From: an uncultured delta proteobacterium
Lineage (GTDB): Bacteria > Desulfobacterota > Zymogenia > Zymogenales > Zymogenaceae
DNA: 64,000 nucleotides
Direction: 5' to 3'
Assembly (NCBI GenBank): GCA_963735595.1
Contig: CAVTLK010000001.1
Span: forward strand, 928,001-992,000
Shown: piece by piece, positions 60,928-64,000 of the stretch
Numbering within the stretch: the stretch's first letter is position 1
Layout: each line of letters begins with the position of its first letter
Translations under genes and position numbers: made by a program
The notes under the pieces: generated by a model
Told to the model about the DNA's origin: nothing
Seen by the model: only the letters and a program-made list of their open reading frames with translations
Databases searched by the model: none

Positions 60928-61070
60928 GCGGTACCGTTCAGAGCATGATACCGCCCCTCAACGAAACCCCGCGGCCTTCGACCACATTGACAGAGCAGGC
61001 CGCCCGTATTAACATTAACATAAGCCTCCGTCTTGGTAATCGCCTCAACCACCACAACCGTGAGGTCCCC

Positions 61071-62060
61071 ATGAAGCAGGCCGTCCGGTTATTCCTTCTC
61101 GCGCTGGTGATCCTGTCGATTGCCGGCTGCATCGAGGTCGTCTACGAGATCACCATCGACGAAAACGACGTAGAACATCTCACCACGCGGATGGGGATGC
61201 CGGCGCTGTTGGCCCCCTACCTGGGCGAGGTCATCACCGATATCCAGAACGAGGGATTTGTCGTTACGACCGAAACCCGGGGCGACAAGGTCTGGATCGT
61301 CGGTACCAAGGAGTTCGCGGCGGGGTCGTGGGATATACCGGCGCTGCCCAGCACGGTGACCATTACCTCCGTTGACAGGGACGTGTTCCGGGTGGATGAC
61401 TACGTCCTGTTCAAGAGATACACGCTTGACGTAGAGTACCGGTACCAGAGCAACGAATCGGGTACTCCGCCCGAAGGCGCCTTGCCACCCGGCGGCGGTT
61501 CGACGTACACCGTGCCGGTAACGTTCGTCGTGACCCTGCCCGGCAGGATCATGGATACCAACGCCCCTGAGCGGCAGGGCCGGGCGGCCGTCTGGAACTT
61601 CACCCTCGCGCCGAACGGTACGATCGCCATGAACCTGGTTGCCTATCAGCCCAACTGGGCGCTGGTCTCGGTCCTTCTGGCGTGCCTGGCGGTCTTTGCC
61701 GTAGCGCTCGTTATGCTGGCCGTCAGGTCGTCCAAATCGCGTACCGCCCCCCCGCCCCGTCCCCAGGATCGGCCGGCAACGGGCCCGGAAAGAACTGCTG
61801 CTGCGCCGGTGACGGGCGATCGGGTTCCGGGCGGCCCAACCTATCTCGTCACCCTGTCCTTGCCCGCCGATATACGGAAGGCCGAAAAGATCATCCAGAC
61901 GCTGGCAAAAAGCAGGAAGAAGACCACCGGCGAGATCATCGCGGAGCTCAAGGCGGGAAAACTGACGATCGGTTTCACCGATCACGCGCTCCTTGAAAAG
62001 AACCTCCCGATCCTGCGCGACGCGGGTTTCAACCCCAGGGTAACGGTCAGGGGGCGCTGA
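61071..62060 (+). CDS. Lipoprotein with C-terminal TM and cytoplasmic L7/L12-CTD-like domain
   Basis: Lipobox IAGC, VTLPGRI..TNA, TM, Pro-rich linker and C-terminal alpha/beta domain. Confidence 0.7.
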   Translation: MKQAVRLFLLALVILSIAGCIEVVYEITIDENDVEHLTTRMGMPALLAPYLGEVITDIQNEGFVVTTETRGDKVWIVGTKEFAAGSWDIPALPSTVTITSVDRDVFRVDDYVLFKRYTLDVEYRYQSNESGTPPEGALPPGGGSTYTVPVTFVVTLPGRIMDTNAPERQGRAAVWNFTLAPNGTIAMNLVAYQPNWALVSVLLACLAVFAVALVMLAVRSSKSRTAPPPRPQDRPATGPERTAAAPVTGDRVPGGPTYLVTLSLPADIRKAEKIIQTLAKSRKKTTGEIIAELKAGKLTIGFTDHALLEKNLPILRDAGFNPRVTVRGR

Positions 62061-62221
62061 TCCGTCCTGCCGGGATACGCCCGAACCGGTTACCTGACCG
62101 GGAGCCCCCCGCGGACGATCCCTCCGGCTCGGGTTTACCCCATATCCTTTTAAATAAAAATCGTTGCCGCCGCCGCCGCCGTATGATATGAATGGTACTT
62201 TTGCGGGGTTACTTCATATCG

Positions 62222-62983
62222 ATGTCCCAGCCGGAGATACTGCGCCACGACATACCCGATATCCTGTCGGCCGCCCTGATCCCGGGCAGGAAACGGCCTA
62301 TTAACGGGAAGCGCGGCGGTATCCACTGCGCCGACGCGCTGCTGATTTCCCGCGCCGTTCCGGTGCTCGCCGTGGCCGACGCCCCCGAGCGAAACCCCGA
62401 TGCCGCTTCGTCTTTCCTGAACAAGTTTGCCGACGCGCTGGCCGGCTCCCATATCCGCTTTGCGGAAAACCCCGTCGATGACTCCTTTGCGGCGGTCGTT
62501 GATCTGGTCTCCGCCCTGATGAAAACGATCGACTACCACGACAGCACGACCTTCTCGGCCCTGATCCCGATCAGGGAGGGCACCACACTTCGCGGTATCG
62601 TCCTGCATACGGGCGATTCGCTGATACTGCGCATCGAGCGCCCGGCGGGCGCCGTCACCCAGCTTTCCCGGACGAGCCACGTCCTCGTGGGGAGGGCGCC
62701 CGCCCTCTTCCAGACCGAGATCATCGGGTTTGCCCCGGACGACCTGATCGTTCTGGCGTCCGACGGCATCACCGATCTCGCGCGGACGCGCGGGATTGTC
62801 CCCGCGGCGCTGCTGTCCGCACGCGACTCGGCCCATACCCCCGGTATGGTCGTTTCGCATATCGTCGATTCCGCGGCCGAGACCGACGTCCGTCTTGACG
62901 ACATCACGATCGTCTGCGCCGCCCCGGGACCGCTTACCCTTCCCGTCGACGGTCCGTCCGGAAAACGCGTAATCCTCACGTAA
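62222..62983 (+). CDS. PP2C/SpoIIE-like phosphatase
   Basis: AVAD, STT, HTGDS, LASDGI and DDITIV. Confidence 0.8.
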   Translation: MSQPEILRHDIPDILSAALIPGRKRPINGKRGGIHCADALLISRAVPVLAVADAPERNPDAASSFLNKFADALAGSHIRFAENPVDDSFAAVVDLVSALMKTIDYHDSTTFSALIPIREGTTLRGIVLHTGDSLILRIERPAGAVTQLSRTSHVLVGRAPALFQTEIIGFAPDDLIVLASDGITDLARTRGIVPAALLSARDSAHTPGMVVSHIVDSAAETDVRLDDITIVCAAPGPLTLPVDGPSGKRVILT

Positions 62984-63054
62984 CCGAGAGCCCTTTTCTG
63001 CCGGCGACAAAACCTCTGCCGAGGGCCGGTGAAACAGCCCGTCTTGCTTTCCGT

Positions 63055-64000
63055 CTATTTCTTCTTCGGGTGATCCTCCAGCGGAAACCGGAGGGTTCGG
63101 GTGGGAAACGGTATCTCGATCCCCTCGGCGGCAAAACGCTCGTACAACCTCTTGATGAATTCGTGGATAACCAGGTACTGATCCGTATAGTGGCGGACGC
63201 TGAGTATAACATTGAAATTAACCGAGTACTCGGAGAGCCGGGTGAAACGAACCAGCGACTGGAACTCGCCGTTACCTCCGGGGACCTCTTTTAGGATTGT
63301 AGACGCCACTTCGAGGGTCACCCGTTCTACCTTAGCCAGGTCGCTTGTATAACTTACCCCGATCGGTACGATTACCGATAATTCCTCAACAGGCCGGGAG
63401 AAGTTCGTAAGTACGGTAGAGGAGAGCTTGTTGTTTGGAACGATGACGGCAGTGTTGGGAAGCGTCTTGATAGTCGTATTTCCCCAGTTGATATCGGTAA
63501 TATACCCCTCGCCGCCCGAATCCAGTTTGACGTAATCCCCCGGCTTGATCTTTTTTGAGGCGATGATCTGGATGCCGGCAAAGAGGTTGCTGAGAGTATC
63601 CTGCAGCGCGAGAGCAGCGGCAAGCCCACCGACCCCGAGGGCCGTCAGAATAGGTGTAATCGATATATTGAGGGCCGCCAAAGCGACCAGAACCCCGATG
63701 ACCAGAACAAGAATATAGCTGATATTCGTAAAAAGCGTCGTAGAGGGATACCCGACGCGTTTAAGCGAGAACCTGATAAAGCCGACGGAAATACGTGCCA
63801 CGACAATGGTCACCGAGATTATAACGAGTATGATGATGATCTTGTTGATGGCAACAGCATACTTATGTTTTAGGTGGAGTTCATCAACGGCATCATACAC
63901 CCCGGCGAGGGTAAACCAGAGGATACTCATTCGCCTGAAGGCCCGGATGATAAAATCATCAGGCCGAAAACGGGTCTTTCTGATGACCCGGTCCAATTGT
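63055..64000 (-). CDS. MscS family mechanosensitive channel (5'-truncated by window edge)
   Basis: LGVGGLAAALALQDTLSNLFAG, GDYV, VPN, IGVSYTSD and GIEIPFP. Confidence 0.92.
   Translation of the reverse strand, partial: QLDRVIRKTRFRPDDFIIRAFRRMSILWFTLAGVYDAVDELHLKHKYAVAINKIIIILVIISVTIVVARISVGFIRFSLKRVGYPSTTLFTNISYILVLVIGVLVALAALNISITPILTALGVGGLAAALALQDTLSNLFAGIQIIASKKIKPGDYVKLDSGGEGYITDINWGNTTIKTLPNTAVIVPNNKLSSTVLTNFSRPVEELSVIVPIGVSYTSDLAKVERVTLEVASTILKEVPGGNGEFQSLVRFTRLSEYSVNFNVILSVRHYTDQYLVIHEFIKRLYERFAAEGIEIPFPTRTLRFPLEDHPKKK

Overview
GC-rich bacterial chromosome segment. The gene content (acyl-CoA and steroid-like catabolism, V4R proteins, MobAB, a glycyl-radical enzyme, selenoproteins) suggests an anaerobe, possibly Desulfobacterota-like (inference). 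Main blocks: (1) 1-8.6 kb, an acyl-CoA/lipid catabolic cluster with two SCP-x-type thiolase-like genes, DUF35, FadD, MaoC, ACAD and two 3-hydroxyacyl-CoA dehydrogenases. (2) 10.9-18.5 kb, an mreBCD-mrdA-rodA operon that runs directly into archease-rtcB. (3) 19-37 kb, housekeeping and accessory genes. These include two genes the ORF track truncates at in-frame TGA codons; both have the hallmarks of selenoproteins with SECIS-like hairpins: an ArsN2-like GNAT with a CxxU motif and a UshA-like CGU protein. (4) 38-39 kb, a HEPN-MNT islet flanked by a duplicated gene 3' end. (5) 41-53 kb, a PadR-headed 11-gene operon built around an uncharacterised glycyl-radical enzyme, with CoA-transferase, MmgE/PrpD, ACAD, SCP2, two SDRs and two QueG-like Fe-S proteins but no activating enzyme. 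(6) 53-64 kb, SHOCT and CuA-type cupredoxin genes with a candidate structured leader RNA, a WG-repeat lipoprotein, gap, YhhN, an FGGY kinase, PP2C and MscS. Many single-base frameshifts, often in homopolymers and densest at 15-22 kb, look like long-read consensus errors rather than true pseudogenes. No rRNA, tRNA, CRISPR array, integrase or transposase was seen. All assignments come from motif recognition by eye; no database search was run.
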